From positions 1 through 43,848 of the forward strand of contig JAEOSZ010000034.1 in NCBI GenBank assembly GCA_016840095.1: a stretch of DNA of 43,848 bases. The letters run 5' to 3'. The notes under the pieces are model-generated. The model saw only the letters and a program-made list of their open reading frames with translations, ran no database searches and had not been told where the DNA came from. Numbering within the stretch: the first letter of the stretch is position 1; the number at the start of each line of letters is the position of its first letter. This document shows, in pieces, positions 27,078-37,185 of the stretch. The translations under genes and the position numbers were made by a program. Source of the DNA: Candidatus Heimdallarchaeota archaeon (GTDB lineage Archaea > Asgardarchaeota > Heimdallarchaeia > Heimdallarchaeales > Heimdallarchaeaceae).

Positions 27078-28690
27078 ACTAGCTCCTTCTTACGTTTATT
27101 CTTAATAATTGAATAGACGAGTATACAATAAAAAATTATCTGCTCAAAATGAAAAGGATATGGTGTTTCTGATATATTTTCGAATTCAGGCTTAGTTATA
27201 TTCTCTAGTACTGATTCAATATAATACTCGAAGTAGTAATAATTCCCTAAATCTACTTCTGGAGGATCATAAAATGAATGATACATTTCTTGAAACTCTA
27301 CCGCAAAGGATTGCAGCTGTCCATTGTCAGAATATGCTAGCCAGCCATTCATAAATACTGCTGTGTCTTGAACAAAAATCCTTGGGACAACAGTTTGAGT
27401 GTTATTAGATTGAAAATCAAAAGAAAATTCCCATATAAGATGGTGAAGATTTTCTTTTTGTTGATATTCTATTTGTAAATCTATTTCTCGAATGGTATAA
27501 AGAGAACTTGTTACTCCTGTCAAAGTGAATTGGAATCCATTGAATACTTCACTTAATTGGTTCCACAGAGTTTGTGCTAATAACGCTAATCCTGAATATC
27601 TATCCCATGTGGGGATTAAAGCTGGGGGTACTTGGGCAACCCATGAACCATGTATGGGTGTAGAAGTAAAATATGATTCAAGTAGAGCATTATAAACATA
27701 GAGTGTTTTTTGAAAATTTAAACCAGATTTAGTAAACAAATAGTGTAATCCTAATGTCTGATTGAGTTGATTTACCCATTCATCGAAATCTTCAAGCTGT
27801 TCTTGAGTAGAGTTTCTTTGTTGATAAATTTCATGGTTAGCATAGCTGTTAGTAATGAAGAAATCAGCTTGTGTTGAATCTAGTGGAGAAAGAATTTCCT
27901 CGTAATTTTCCAAAGCCATCACTAAGACACTACTCTTACCTTCATAGATAAGGTGAAGCGAGAGAGCTAGTAAAACACCACTAGTTTTGCTCCAGGTTGC
28001 TCTCATCGAAATAGCAGTATCCATATCAATATCCAATGATACTGTAAATTCTTCATCATCCTGGTTGTAAATATTGACAGAGAAAGATTCATCTAGAAGC
28101 AATGAAGCAAATTCAGCTTCAAATCTATCATAGTTGTCATCTAATATTATTGGCAAGAAATCTAAGTAATCAGCATCTTTAATCATTGCTCCAAAGTTTG
28201 GTCGAGTAATGTTTGCAAATATATTTGGTAATATTATTACTGTATCTTGTGGCAATACTGCTTGTATTGTTTCCTGTTCTATTGGTTCAAAATTGAAGCC
28301 TATGAAATCTGCTATAAAATCACTACCAGTGTTGATTTCAGCAGTTAGAGGTTCTTCAATTACCAAATAACTTTCTGTCAAGAATACTTCTTCTTGGGTA
28401 AGAATAAACTGATCTGATTCTATAAAGTAGATCTCTCTAAATTCAGAAATTCTATCTTTAAGAAGTATCTTAAAATTAGCATTTGAAAAAGATCCTTCTA
28501 AATTGAAACCTAAGTTCTGGAACATATTTTCAAGATTTTCACCTTGTGCAATCTTATAGTTGAGAAGATATCCTTTATCATCAAAACTAGCATCTCTAAA
28601 GTCTATACTATTTTCTGCTTCTGTTCTTGAAAAAGATAGACTAAGAACGAAGAGAATCAATGCTAGTGATAATATCTTCTTATTTCTCAT
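27074..28690 (-). CDS. Secreted, C-terminally anchored cell-surface protein
   Basis: Signal peptide MRNKKILSLALILF...; C-terminal ETPYPF + hydrophobic helix + KNKRKK. Confidence 0.75.
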   Translation of the reverse strand: MRNKKILSLALILFVLSLSFSRTEAENSIDFRDASFDDKGYLLNYKIAQGENLENMFQNLGFNLEGSFSNANFKILLKDRISEFREIYFIESDQFILTQEEVFLTESYLVIEEPLTAEINTGSDFIADFIGFNFEPIEQETIQAVLPQDTVIILPNIFANITRPNFGAMIKDADYLDFLPIILDDNYDRFEAEFASLLLDESFSVNIYNQDDEEFTVSLDIDMDTAISMRATWSKTSGVLLALSLHLIYEGKSSVLVMALENYEEILSPLDSTQADFFITNSYANHEIYQQRNSTQEQLEDFDEWVNQLNQTLGLHYLFTKSGLNFQKTLYVYNALLESYFTSTPIHGSWVAQVPPALIPTWDRYSGLALLAQTLWNQLSEVFNGFQFTLTGVTSSLYTIREIDLQIEYQQKENLHHLIWEFSFDFQSNNTQTVVPRIFVQDTAVFMNGWLAYSDNGQLQSFAVEFQEMYHSFYDPPEVDLGNYYYFEYYIESVLENITKPEFENISETPYPFHFEQIIFYCILVYSIIKNKRKKELV

Positions 28691-31604
28691 TTTTGGTTCC
28701 TCTCTTTTTCTTCTTCTTATCTCCTTTGAAAGTTATTACAATTGCAGGAGGGACAATGAATAATCTAGAAACAAACACATCGATTAAGATACCTATTCCC
28801 AATCCTAGACCCAGCTGTTTCATGTGGATAGATGATGTAAACAACAAGCTAAAATATGTAGCTGCCATAATAATTCCTGCAACAGATATATTATTCATTG
28901 TTTGATCTACGGCATCTACAATTGCTTTTTCTGAATCCTTAACATTAGTGTAGATGTCTTGAAAAATACCTAGAAAAAGCACATCAAAATCTAGTCCTAA
29001 AGCAGTTAAAACTGCATAAGCTAGTAATGGTACTATCCAGTATACTGATCCTCCTAAGAATAGGAAACTGAATAAACTGAACAATCCTAAGCTTATCCCA
29101 AGTGAGAGAAGTATAGTAATTAGAACCCTAACGGACATGAAGAATTTTCTAAGAAATAAAAATAACAACAGTGTAATAGTAAGAGATACAAACATGAAGA
29201 TAAGATTGAAATCTCGGGAAATTCCTGTTTTTGAATCATATAAGACTGGTGCAAAACCTGTTGCATATACAACCCACTCTGGGATATCTCTTTGTTCAAT
29301 TATATCTGAAATCATCGTTCTAATTGTTTTGATTTGATCATCTAGTTTCTTGTCTCCTTCTGTAAAAGAAGAACCACAATATACAATTGCATATGTTTCA
29401 TCTGGGAAAACGAAATTCTTCATAAGAATATGGATTTCCTCTGTGATAAACAGAGAATTGTTAACAAGAGTATCTTCGTATGGTTTACCCATAGGATGAC
29501 TTATACCTGCTAGTACCGTGATATTCGTTGCAATCGTTATTGCTTCAATGATAAATAGAACTTCATTAATAGAATCAAAATTCAAACTTCCATTACTTAG
29601 AATAAATGGATCCAAATCTGTTGTTTTGAAAAGCAAAGAGATTTGACTAATATATTCAACTCCCATATGTTGATTTATGGCATCTAATCCCTGTTTAGAT
29701 TGATATGCTTGTGGGGCTGAAGAAATTTGAGCATAATCTGTAGGAACTGCTAGAAAAACTCCTAATCCTATAAGGGAGATTATAACTGAAGCAATCAAAA
29801 CCTTCTTAGGTTTCTTGACTGCTTTTCTAACATATTTCATGAGAGTACCTCTTCTCTTCTTGAGAATCTTAATATTAATTTTCCATTTTGATAATATATT
29901 TTGATTAAGCAAAATCAATATCGAAGGAACTAGTGTTAGTGAAACAACCATACTTGTTAAGAAACCTATTATTCCACTTATTCCCATACCTGTTGCTAAA
30001 GCAAAACTGCTTAGAACTAACCCCCCAAAACCAAATGACAAGGACACGGAAGCTATAATTATGCTCTTGGAGGTGCGTCTAAGTGTAGTTCTGATTGCAC
30101 CATATTTTGTTTCAGTCTTCTTCAGATTTAAGAGGTAATCTCCTATGAGAAATACACAATAATCTGTTGTTGCCCCTAGGAGAGTTACACTTAGAATAAT
30201 AAGACTCGTGGAATCTAATCCTCCTGTTATGGTTCCAAATCCTATGAATAAGAGTCTTGAAACAGCAAAAGCAATTGCTAGAACTGAGAGTTGAATAAGC
30301 GGTAAGATAGGTGATCTATAAACTAATAGTAGAATAATTACAATTGTTATTATGACTATCAAATCGGTTCTCTTTGCTTGAATTTGATAATCTAATGAGA
30401 TTTCAACAATGAAGAAATCAATGCCTGTACAATGAATTTCTAAAGGCAGATTTACCTCTTTTATCTGTGGGAGAATATTTAGCAGTTCAAGATAAGCTTC
30501 CTTCCCTTCTACATTCAAGTGATTGAGTGCCATGTTAAAAGTAACTAATGTAGTATCAGCATCTCCAATTTCCTCTTTGAAATTTGTATACTGTTTAAGA
30601 AAAATCATAATAATATCATCTGTTATTGGAGGTATAGATGTCGTCATTGTTAATACTGGAATAAGATATTTATTTTTAGCATCAATGAAACCTTGTATAT
30701 TCCCATCATCATACACTTCCTCAACAAAATCTACTTCTGCTGAGTTATTCGTCCCATAGAGAAATTCAGCTGTTTTTTCGTAAGAGTATGTGGTATTTTG
30801 CCATTTGCTTGAATTGAAGTTATTAGAGAGCAATGTTAGAAGTTCTGTTTGTCTAACGTCCGCTGATACCTCGGAAATAAATGAAGAATTAGAATTGATT
30901 ATGTTACTTAACAGGTTGAGAACATCTGTCTCATTAGAAGGTAAAGTTAAGCTAGCAAAATGATTAAAACTCTTCGAAATTTCTTGGTAAAAAACATCTA
31001 CAAACTCAATATATCTTGATTCATTGAAAGATGTTAAAAGAGAATCTAAGTAGTTTTCAGTTAGAGTTTTAGTAATAGTAGTTGCTAATGGAATGTCACC
31101 TGTGCTATTATACTGATCCAACCAGATTGTACTGAAATATTGGATGCCACCCCAAACATAATGTATTGATGCAAAGGATAATTGTGTTGCATACCATTGG
31201 AGACTTAGAATTGTTCTAAGGAGATTATCTGCATCATCATACAACGATGAATAGGGTTTGCTTGATGATAAAAATGGACCGATTTTTGGGTTGTGCGTTA
31301 TATTGTAAATTAAACTTGATACTTTTTGATACATGGATTCAGATATCGTAGTACCATTAGGATTATGAATTATGATTTGAAACGAACTATTTGTTTCACT
31401 GAAAGAAGATAAAATTTCTGTACCGATCGTAGATTCAGATTTTCTAGTAGTAGACAGATTATCTCCTTCATCAGTTACGTAATCAGAAACATTGAGTATT
31501 TTGTTAATATTTATTGAAACAAGCAATATCCAAAATAGAATAATTGCTGAAGCAACGATTTTAGGTCTCTTCCAGAGCTTATCCCAAATTTTCAAATTAC
31601 TCAA
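28680..31604 (-). CDS. MMPL family (RND superfamily) transporter
   Basis: Two RND repeats with large extracytoplasmic loops; LLLVYRS, GATTDY, GLDFD, AGIIMA, DVFVSRLFIVP. Confidence 0.9.
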   Translation of the reverse strand: MSNLKIWDKLWKRPKIVASAIILFWILLVSININKILNVSDYVTDEGDNLSTTRKSESTIGTEILSSFSETNSSFQIIIHNPNGTTISESMYQKVSSLIYNITHNPKIGPFLSSSKPYSSLYDDADNLLRTILSLQWYATQLSFASIHYVWGGIQYFSTIWLDQYNSTGDIPLATTITKTLTENYLDSLLTSFNESRYIEFVDVFYQEISKSFNHFASLTLPSNETDVLNLLSNIINSNSSFISEVSADVRQTELLTLLSNNFNSSKWQNTTYSYEKTAEFLYGTNNSAEVDFVEEVYDDGNIQGFIDAKNKYLIPVLTMTTSIPPITDDIIMIFLKQYTNFKEEIGDADTTLVTFNMALNHLNVEGKEAYLELLNILPQIKEVNLPLEIHCTGIDFFIVEISLDYQIQAKRTDLIVIITIVIILLLVYRSPILPLIQLSVLAIAFAVSRLLFIGFGTITGGLDSTSLIILSVTLLGATTDYCVFLIGDYLLNLKKTETKYGAIRTTLRRTSKSIIIASVSLSFGFGGLVLSSFALATGMGISGIIGFLTSMVVSLTLVPSILILLNQNILSKWKINIKILKKRRGTLMKYVRKAVKKPKKVLIASVIISLIGLGVFLAVPTDYAQISSAPQAYQSKQGLDAINQHMGVEYISQISLLFKTTDLDPFILSNGSLNFDSINEVLFIIEAITIATNITVLAGISHPMGKPYEDTLVNNSLFITEEIHILMKNFVFPDETYAIVYCGSSFTEGDKKLDDQIKTIRTMISDIIEQRDIPEWVVYATGFAPVLYDSKTGISRDFNLIFMFVSLTITLLLFLFLRKFFMSVRVLITILLSLGISLGLFSLFSFLFLGGSVYWIVPLLAYAVLTALGLDFDVLFLGIFQDIYTNVKDSEKAIVDAVDQTMNNISVAGIIMAATYFSLLFTSSIHMKQLGLGLGIGILIDVFVSRLFIVPPAIVITFKGDKKKKKRGTKNEK

Positions 31605-31838
31605 ATGACTATCGTATTTTCCTACTTATAATTCTATTTCTTGTGTTACTCGAATTTAAGCCAAAGGAATGTATCAAATAACAATCAGATTATTGTTTAC
31701 TTAAGCTTTCAAATATTTCCAAATAGAGTCTCTTTAGAAAACCGAGTAATTTAAAAGACACAGAGTTATAGAGAGCTTAGCAAGCAGTAAGTACAATTTA
31801 GTTAGTTGTTTGGTTATTGATCCGGAAAGTTGTAAAAA

Positions 31839-32510
31839 ATGGCTAAGAAGAAACAAAATAAGAAGAAACAGGTAGTATCTGACGAAAGCATCAAGGAACT
31901 AGCTAATTATACAGAAAAACCTGCGATTTTTCGAGCTATGGATTTGATGGTCTCTAATCTAGAAGATAACATCCAACATATGACAGAGCATTATGAATAT
32001 GTTCAGCAAGTGAGAGATAGATTAATGGTTGATATTGAGAGTAAAAGGAGAATCTATATTCTAGCTAGTGGAAGAAGTGCCTATGTTGGTCAAATGTTTC
32101 AAACAAGACTAGAGCATTTTGGTGTTGAAAGTCGCTTTATTACAAATACAAGATCAGTACCTCGAGTGAGAGAAGATGATACGATCATTGTTATCAGCGG
32201 ATCAGGTACTACTCCAATTGTAAAAGCTATGTTAGAGACATATTTTGTTTATAATCCATTTGTAATTGTTGTAACAAGTTATCCCAAGAGTGTAATCGGA
32301 CGTCTAGGAAATGTTACTGTTAAACTCAAAGGTAGAACAAAATCTGATTTGGAAAGAAGAGATCAGGGATTGGATAGTACTTTAGCTCCTGAAGGAACAG
32401 CTTTTGAACAAGCTGCATTAGCTTTTTTGGATGGAATTGTTGCAGAATTGGCTGTTTCCCTTCATAGAGATGAAAAAAGTCTTTTAGATCTGCACAATCA
32501 AGGTTTGTAA
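31839..32510 (+). CDS. SIS-domain protein, 6-phospho-3-hexuloisomerase-like
   Basis: IYILASGRS, RLEHFG, ISGSGTT, TSYPKS, LAPEGTAFE, final H-N. Confidence 0.85.
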   Translation: MAKKKQNKKKQVVSDESIKELANYTEKPAIFRAMDLMVSNLEDNIQHMTEHYEYVQQVRDRLMVDIESKRRIYILASGRSAYVGQMFQTRLEHFGVESRFITNTRSVPRVREDDTIIVISGSGTTPIVKAMLETYFVYNPFVIVVTSYPKSVIGRLGNVTVKLKGRTKSDLERRDQGLDSTLAPEGTAFEQAALAFLDGIVAELAVSLHRDEKSLLDLHNQGL

Positions 32511-32678
32511 ACTTGAGTTTCATTTGTGTTCTATCTTCAGAGAGATACTTTTATAGTGAAATTATAGCAAAGTTTAATAGAATTTCATTCTAATGAAGAC
32601 ATATACTAAAGCAAGAAAGGGTTTAGGAAATATCACCTAAAAACCCATTAAACAAAAATCTTAGCGGCTAGGGATAAG

Positions 32679-33446
32679 ATGTCAAGCGGTCTAACAATAA
32701 AAGATATTTTCAAAGTTGATGGTTCTGGAGTACCATATCTAAAAATCGTAATTTATGGTCCTTCATTAGCTGGAAAAACAAGTATGCTAACAGTGTACAA
32801 TGTTCTAAGAAAAGTTGAGGATCCTGAAACAATTTATTCTTCCTTGAAGAAAATTGACGATCCTAGTGGAAGAACTATTTTTTATGATCAGAGCACTTTT
32901 GAACTGCCAAAGGGACAAGGTGTAAGTGTTCCTAAACTGCGATACCAAGTTTGGACAGTTGCTGGTCAGAAAAGACATTATATACAAAGAAAAGTTGTTC
33001 TTGAAGGTGCTGATGGGTTGATATTCATGTTCGATCCTAGCAAAAACATGTGGGAAGATAATGTTGAAAGTCTTACAGAGCTCATTGCACTTAAAGGAGA
33101 TGTCTTAGGAAAATCTCTACCATTCTTGATTGTTCTAAATAAGATTGATCTTCCAGCAGAAGAACGTACTCCAACAGATAAGTTTCTAGATTTATTAATT
33201 GAGAAAAAACTTTCCAACAATAAAGGTGATGCTTACATGAGAGTAGTTGAAACATCATGTCTTCAAGCTCGAAATGAGTTAATGACTCTATTGAGGAGTC
33301 CTGATATTAAATCAAAATTAGATGAATATGGACGACTTAAGAAAGGAGCTAGACCTTTAAGTGTTCAAAAAACTGCTCAACCTATTGAGCAAATAACTAG
33401 AGAAATTGTTATTCATAGAGTCAAGTCTGCCAAAACTGAAGATTAA
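32679..33446 (+). CDS. MglA-like small GTPase
   Basis: G1 KIVIYGPSLAGKTS, G2 GRTIFYD, G3 WTVAGQ, GADGLIFMFD, G4 NKID. Confidence 0.88.
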   Translation: MSSGLTIKDIFKVDGSGVPYLKIVIYGPSLAGKTSMLTVYNVLRKVEDPETIYSSLKKIDDPSGRTIFYDQSTFELPKGQGVSVPKLRYQVWTVAGQKRHYIQRKVVLEGADGLIFMFDPSKNMWEDNVESLTELIALKGDVLGKSLPFLIVLNKIDLPAEERTPTDKFLDLLIEKKLSNNKGDAYMRVVETSCLQARNELMTLLRSPDIKSKLDEYGRLKKGARPLSVQKTAQPIEQITREIVIHRVKSAKTED

Positions 33447-33478
33447 TAATCTCTTCTTTCTTTTCTGTTAAATTAAGA

Positions 33479-34156
33479 ATGGACGACTCTATAGCTATTA
33501 TTCTGAATCATTTGCTTAATATCAAGAAGGTTGATGTTGCCAATATTTCTGCTTTAGATAAAGCTAGATGCAAAACAAAACTTGCTTCGTGGAATTATTC
33601 ATATGAAGAGTTTTTCAAAAGAAGCGCTTTTACTGAAAAAGATAAAGGTAAGATTCTGTTAGCATTATTATTTGAAGGTGTCAATGTAAAATCAATCTTT
33701 GAGTTTTTAGATTGGAAAGGCTTTGAAATAATAATAGCTTCACTTTTTGATGAATTGGGTTTTTCTGTTCTTTCAAATTATCGATTTAAGGATGAGTTTA
33801 CAAGATATGAAATCGATGTAATAGCTTTTAATTTTCCATATCTTTTCTTAATTGATTGTAAGTATTATAAGCAACCTTCATCTTCTATTATGAAAGATGC
33901 TGCTTCTAAACAGAAAGAAAGAACAGAAGTAATCTATGAAGTGTTTCCTTTAATTTCAGAAGAGCTTATCAAAAAACTTGCATTACCATTGAAAAGGGAA
34001 ATTAGGCTTTATCCTTTAATCATCTCCTGGAAAGATCACAACATACAATTTTCTTCCGATGTACCAGTTATTCCCTTTAATCAATTATCTGGTTTTCTTC
34101 AAGAAATTGATGAGTACCGTGAAGTTATATTCAATATACCATTACTCATGAATTAA
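33479..34156 (+). CDS. PD-(D/E)xK restriction-endonuclease-like protein (Mrr_cat/NERD-like)
   Basis: LDWKGFE......F...GF, EIDVIA, LIDCK. Confidence 0.82.
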   Translation: MDDSIAIILNHLLNIKKVDVANISALDKARCKTKLASWNYSYEEFFKRSAFTEKDKGKILLALLFEGVNVKSIFEFLDWKGFEIIIASLFDELGFSVLSNYRFKDEFTRYEIDVIAFNFPYLFLIDCKYYKQPSSSIMKDAASKQKERTEVIYEVFPLISEELIKKLALPLKREIRLYPLIISWKDHNIQFSSDVPVIPFNQLSGFLQEIDEYREVIFNIPLLMN

Positions 34157-34252
34157 ATCATATTTGTTTAATTATTTAAGTGAAAACAACTGAAAAACTC
34201 ATATATATCATTAACTTAATATCTTGTATAGGAAAGCTATGAGCTGAATTAA

Positions 34253-35887
34253 ATGGCTGTAGAAACACAAAGTCCTTTTAGTGTAGTGCGTTCTCTGGTA
34301 AAAAAATTCCTAGGTGAAATGAGAGTTATTCGCACAACTTCTGAAGAACAGGCAAAAGCAAGAGCTGAAGAAATAAAAAGTGGTTCTTTAGCACCTGGTA
34401 AAGCCCAATATTCGGTATCTGAAGTTGATGGAATCATTAGAAATTTCAAAGATAGTTATGTAGGACTGCTTCGAGATATTCATCTAATGGTTGTTACAGA
34501 GAGTACTAGTAAAATACGTCAAGGCATAGAACAGGGTTATATTGATGCAGGTATGATTACTCAAGAAATGCTCGATGAGCTTGAAAAATTGAGAGTAGAG
34601 GCTGCTAAAATTCCTGGATATGAAACAAAAATTCAAGATGATGCATTAAAAATTGATGAATTGAATGATCAAATAGGATCTCTTAAAGCTGAGACTATTT
34701 CTCTTCAAAACGAATTAACAGATGTTCAATCTGTTCTCAAGAGCAAGGATCAAGCTATAGGTGAATTGTCAGAAAAAGCAACAACAATGGGTGTTGATCA
34801 GACAATAATTGAAGCAAGAGATCAAGTTATAATGGATAAGGACAGAACAATTCATCAATTAAGTCTGGAAAAGAACAACCTTCAATCAGAGTTTAATAGA
34901 ATAAAAATTGAACGAGATGCAATGTCTCAGCACGTTGAAGAAATGGAAACACGTCTAAGGTCTGTCTCTTCTGAAGCTCTATCAAAAGAAGATCAATTGT
35001 TTGAGGAATTACAAAAACAACTTGATGGAGCTAGACAAACAATTTTCAATCTTAGAAATCAAGTTGCTGAACACGAAGACACAGTTCGTAATCAAAAGAT
35101 TGACATTCAGCAAAAAGCATCCCAGATTGATTCATTGAAAAAACAGATTGAAGATATTCAAGATCAAGCTGCAGGTCAAGCAGAAGATACAACTCAAGTT
35201 GAAGAACTTCGAAAACAAATCCATCAAAGAGATGAGGATATGGAGAGGCTAGCAGAAACCATGGTAGAGCTTCAACAAGATATTAGTTCGAAGGAACAAG
35301 AAGCCCATAAATTACAAACAACAGCAGATGAGATGATGCTGCAATTTGCTGAAAAAGAAACTGAACTCCAAGAACTCAGAGACATAGCAGAGAAAGCCAC
35401 TACTGAAAGAGAAAAAGTCGAAGAACAGATGTTGGAAAAACAAGATTCCATAGAAGATCTGAAAGCAAGACTTGAAGAATCTACTAAAGAATTAAACGAG
35501 ACAAAGAATACTTTACTAACCATGGAGAAACAAGGAACAATCTCTTCTGAAGAGAAGTATAAATACGAACTTGATATACAAAAAATGAGGAAGAAGGTTG
35601 ATAATCTTAACAAAACTCTGAAATCAGTTGAAGCATTCTTGAACACAGATCCTAAATATAGAGTCTTATATCTTCTCAATGACTTTCAGAGACCTATGGC
35701 AAAAGAAGAACTCTCTAAAATGCTTAATGTACCTGAAGAAGTTGCTTCTAAATACATTTTTGAATTAGACTATTTCGGTTACATCAGACAAAATATCGAT
35801 GCTGGTAAAACATTCATTGAATCAACAGCTTTGTTAACTCCTCCTCTTACATATGAAGACGAAGAAGAGGAAAAAGAGTCTGAGTAA
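34253..35887 (+). CDS. Long coiled-coil protein with C-terminal winged helix and acidic tail
   Basis: About 350 aa of heptads; DPKYRVLYLL....PMAKEELSKML.VPEE.....IFEL...GYI; no Walker motifs. Confidence 0.8.
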   Translation: MAVETQSPFSVVRSLVKKFLGEMRVIRTTSEEQAKARAEEIKSGSLAPGKAQYSVSEVDGIIRNFKDSYVGLLRDIHLMVVTESTSKIRQGIEQGYIDAGMITQEMLDELEKLRVEAAKIPGYETKIQDDALKIDELNDQIGSLKAETISLQNELTDVQSVLKSKDQAIGELSEKATTMGVDQTIIEARDQVIMDKDRTIHQLSLEKNNLQSEFNRIKIERDAMSQHVEEMETRLRSVSSEALSKEDQLFEELQKQLDGARQTIFNLRNQVAEHEDTVRNQKIDIQQKASQIDSLKKQIEDIQDQAAGQAEDTTQVEELRKQIHQRDEDMERLAETMVELQQDISSKEQEAHKLQTTADEMMLQFAEKETELQELRDIAEKATTEREKVEEQMLEKQDSIEDLKARLEESTKELNETKNTLLTMEKQGTISSEEKYKYELDIQKMRKKVDNLNKTLKSVEAFLNTDPKYRVLYLLNDFQRPMAKEELSKMLNVPEEVASKYIFELDYFGYIRQNIDAGKTFIESTALLTPPLTYEDEEEEKESE

Positions 35888-35935
35888 CATCCCTTTCTTT
35901 TTATTTTTCTAATTTTGAATAATTGGTGAAGTTTA

Positions 35936-37165
35936 CTAAATTAGGTCAGTAATACTCTCAAGTCTAACATGTGTCTCTTTTTGTTCAAAACTTTTCATTA
36001 GATACGTATCAGCAAGAGTTTTTAGTTCAGTTCTCAACCTATAGAATGCTTTTCGGTTTACTGTTCTTTTACTCAGATATCTTTTATCTTGAAGTTGTTT
36101 TAAGTGATGAGAAGCTGAAGTTTTCTGAATTCCTAGATTATTAACAATATCATCATATGTAATGCCAAAGTCATGGGCAGTCGATTTCATCGCTATTAAG
36201 GCAAGAATAAAAGTTTGAGTATTATCATTGAGTGTTACTAAATCGAAGAATTCTTTATTAACGTCTATAAATAGCCGAGACGTTATGTCATTCACTGAAG
36301 CAATGGAACCAACATCCAATCCATTATAGAAGCACTCCTCACATAATTTTGAACAAATTTTAATTGCATTAAGTAAACTTCCACTTGAATTCTTAGCTAT
36401 TAATTTAAGAATATTTTTCGAAAAAGGATTCTGAATTTGATTATTTTTTGAAAGTTTCAAACTTAAAATCTCATAAATTTCTTCTTCATTTAATGGACTG
36501 ATTTGTTGACTTGGAACCATATGGGTAATCAAATCGTAGTCTGAAAAGGCTAATTGGTTTTTTAATCGAACCCATCCTGATTGTGAAAAGATGAAAACGA
36601 TTGGCACATTCTGAAAATCTCTATCTAATGCATATCTGAAATCTTCAAAGAACTCTGTTAAGAAATCAGCATGGTCGATGACAATTAAAGGGATTGAATC
36701 ACTCTTTGCACTTTGTCTGCCAAGGAAAGTTCTGAAGTTCTGAAAGGTTTGAGCAATATGGTACTGATTGTTATTGAATTCTACTAGCTCTTTAGCATCA
36801 ACAAGAACAGAATCAGAAAGTTCTTTGGAAATCTTAACTAAATATTGATGAGCTAATGTGATTAATGTGCTTACACCTGATTGATTTACACCATACATAA
36901 CTCCATCTAAAATGAAAGTTTCTTCTTTGTTCTTCTTACTAAAATTATCTGTAAAACTCTTGTATACTGAAGTAAAATATCTTACAACAGCTTTAAACCT
37001 GGGCTCAATAAATTCTTCCTTCTGAAGCTCTTCTAGATTCGTTTCCATGAATGGATTAGCTGAGAAACCAAATGAAACAAAAGGATCTTGAGGTGTATAA
37101 GAAATCTTCTTACCCTCTTCTATTGCCTCTAAAGCTAGTTTCTCAAATTTGTCCATATTCCTCAC
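35936..37165 (-). CDS. Degenerate AAA+ ATPase domain fused to a C-terminal wHTH
   Basis: FGFSANPF, Walker A-like GVNQSGVST, Walker B-like LIVIDHAD, lid SGSLLNAIKIC, wHTH ITYDDIV..LGIQKTSASHHLKQL...YL......RKAFY; ATG 37156 is an alternative start. Confidence 0.8.
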   Translation of the reverse strand: MRNMDKFEKLALEAIEEGKKISYTPQDPFVSFGFSANPFMETNLEELQKEEFIEPRFKAVVRYFTSVYKSFTDNFSKKNKEETFILDGVMYGVNQSGVSTLITLAHQYLVKISKELSDSVLVDAKELVEFNNNQYHIAQTFQNFRTFLGRQSAKSDSIPLIVIDHADFLTEFFEDFRYALDRDFQNVPIVFIFSQSGWVRLKNQLAFSDYDLITHMVPSQQISPLNEEEIYEILSLKLSKNNQIQNPFSKNILKLIAKNSSGSLLNAIKICSKLCEECFYNGLDVGSIASVNDITSRLFIDVNKEFFDLVTLNDNTQTFILALIAMKSTAHDFGITYDDIVNNLGIQKTSASHHLKQLQDKRYLSKRTVNRKAFYRLRTELKTLADTYLMKSFEQKETHVRLESITDLI

Positions 37166-37185
37166 AAAAATATTATGTAGATAAC

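Noticed and set aside
32593-32640. Box C/D sRNA starting at C-like ATGAAGA
   Set aside because: No CTGA box D at a suitable distance and no convincing D'/C' pair
34253-35887. SMC/Rad50 or Wadjet-type annotation for the coiled-coil protein
   Set aside because: No Walker A/B, signature motif, hinge or zinc hook
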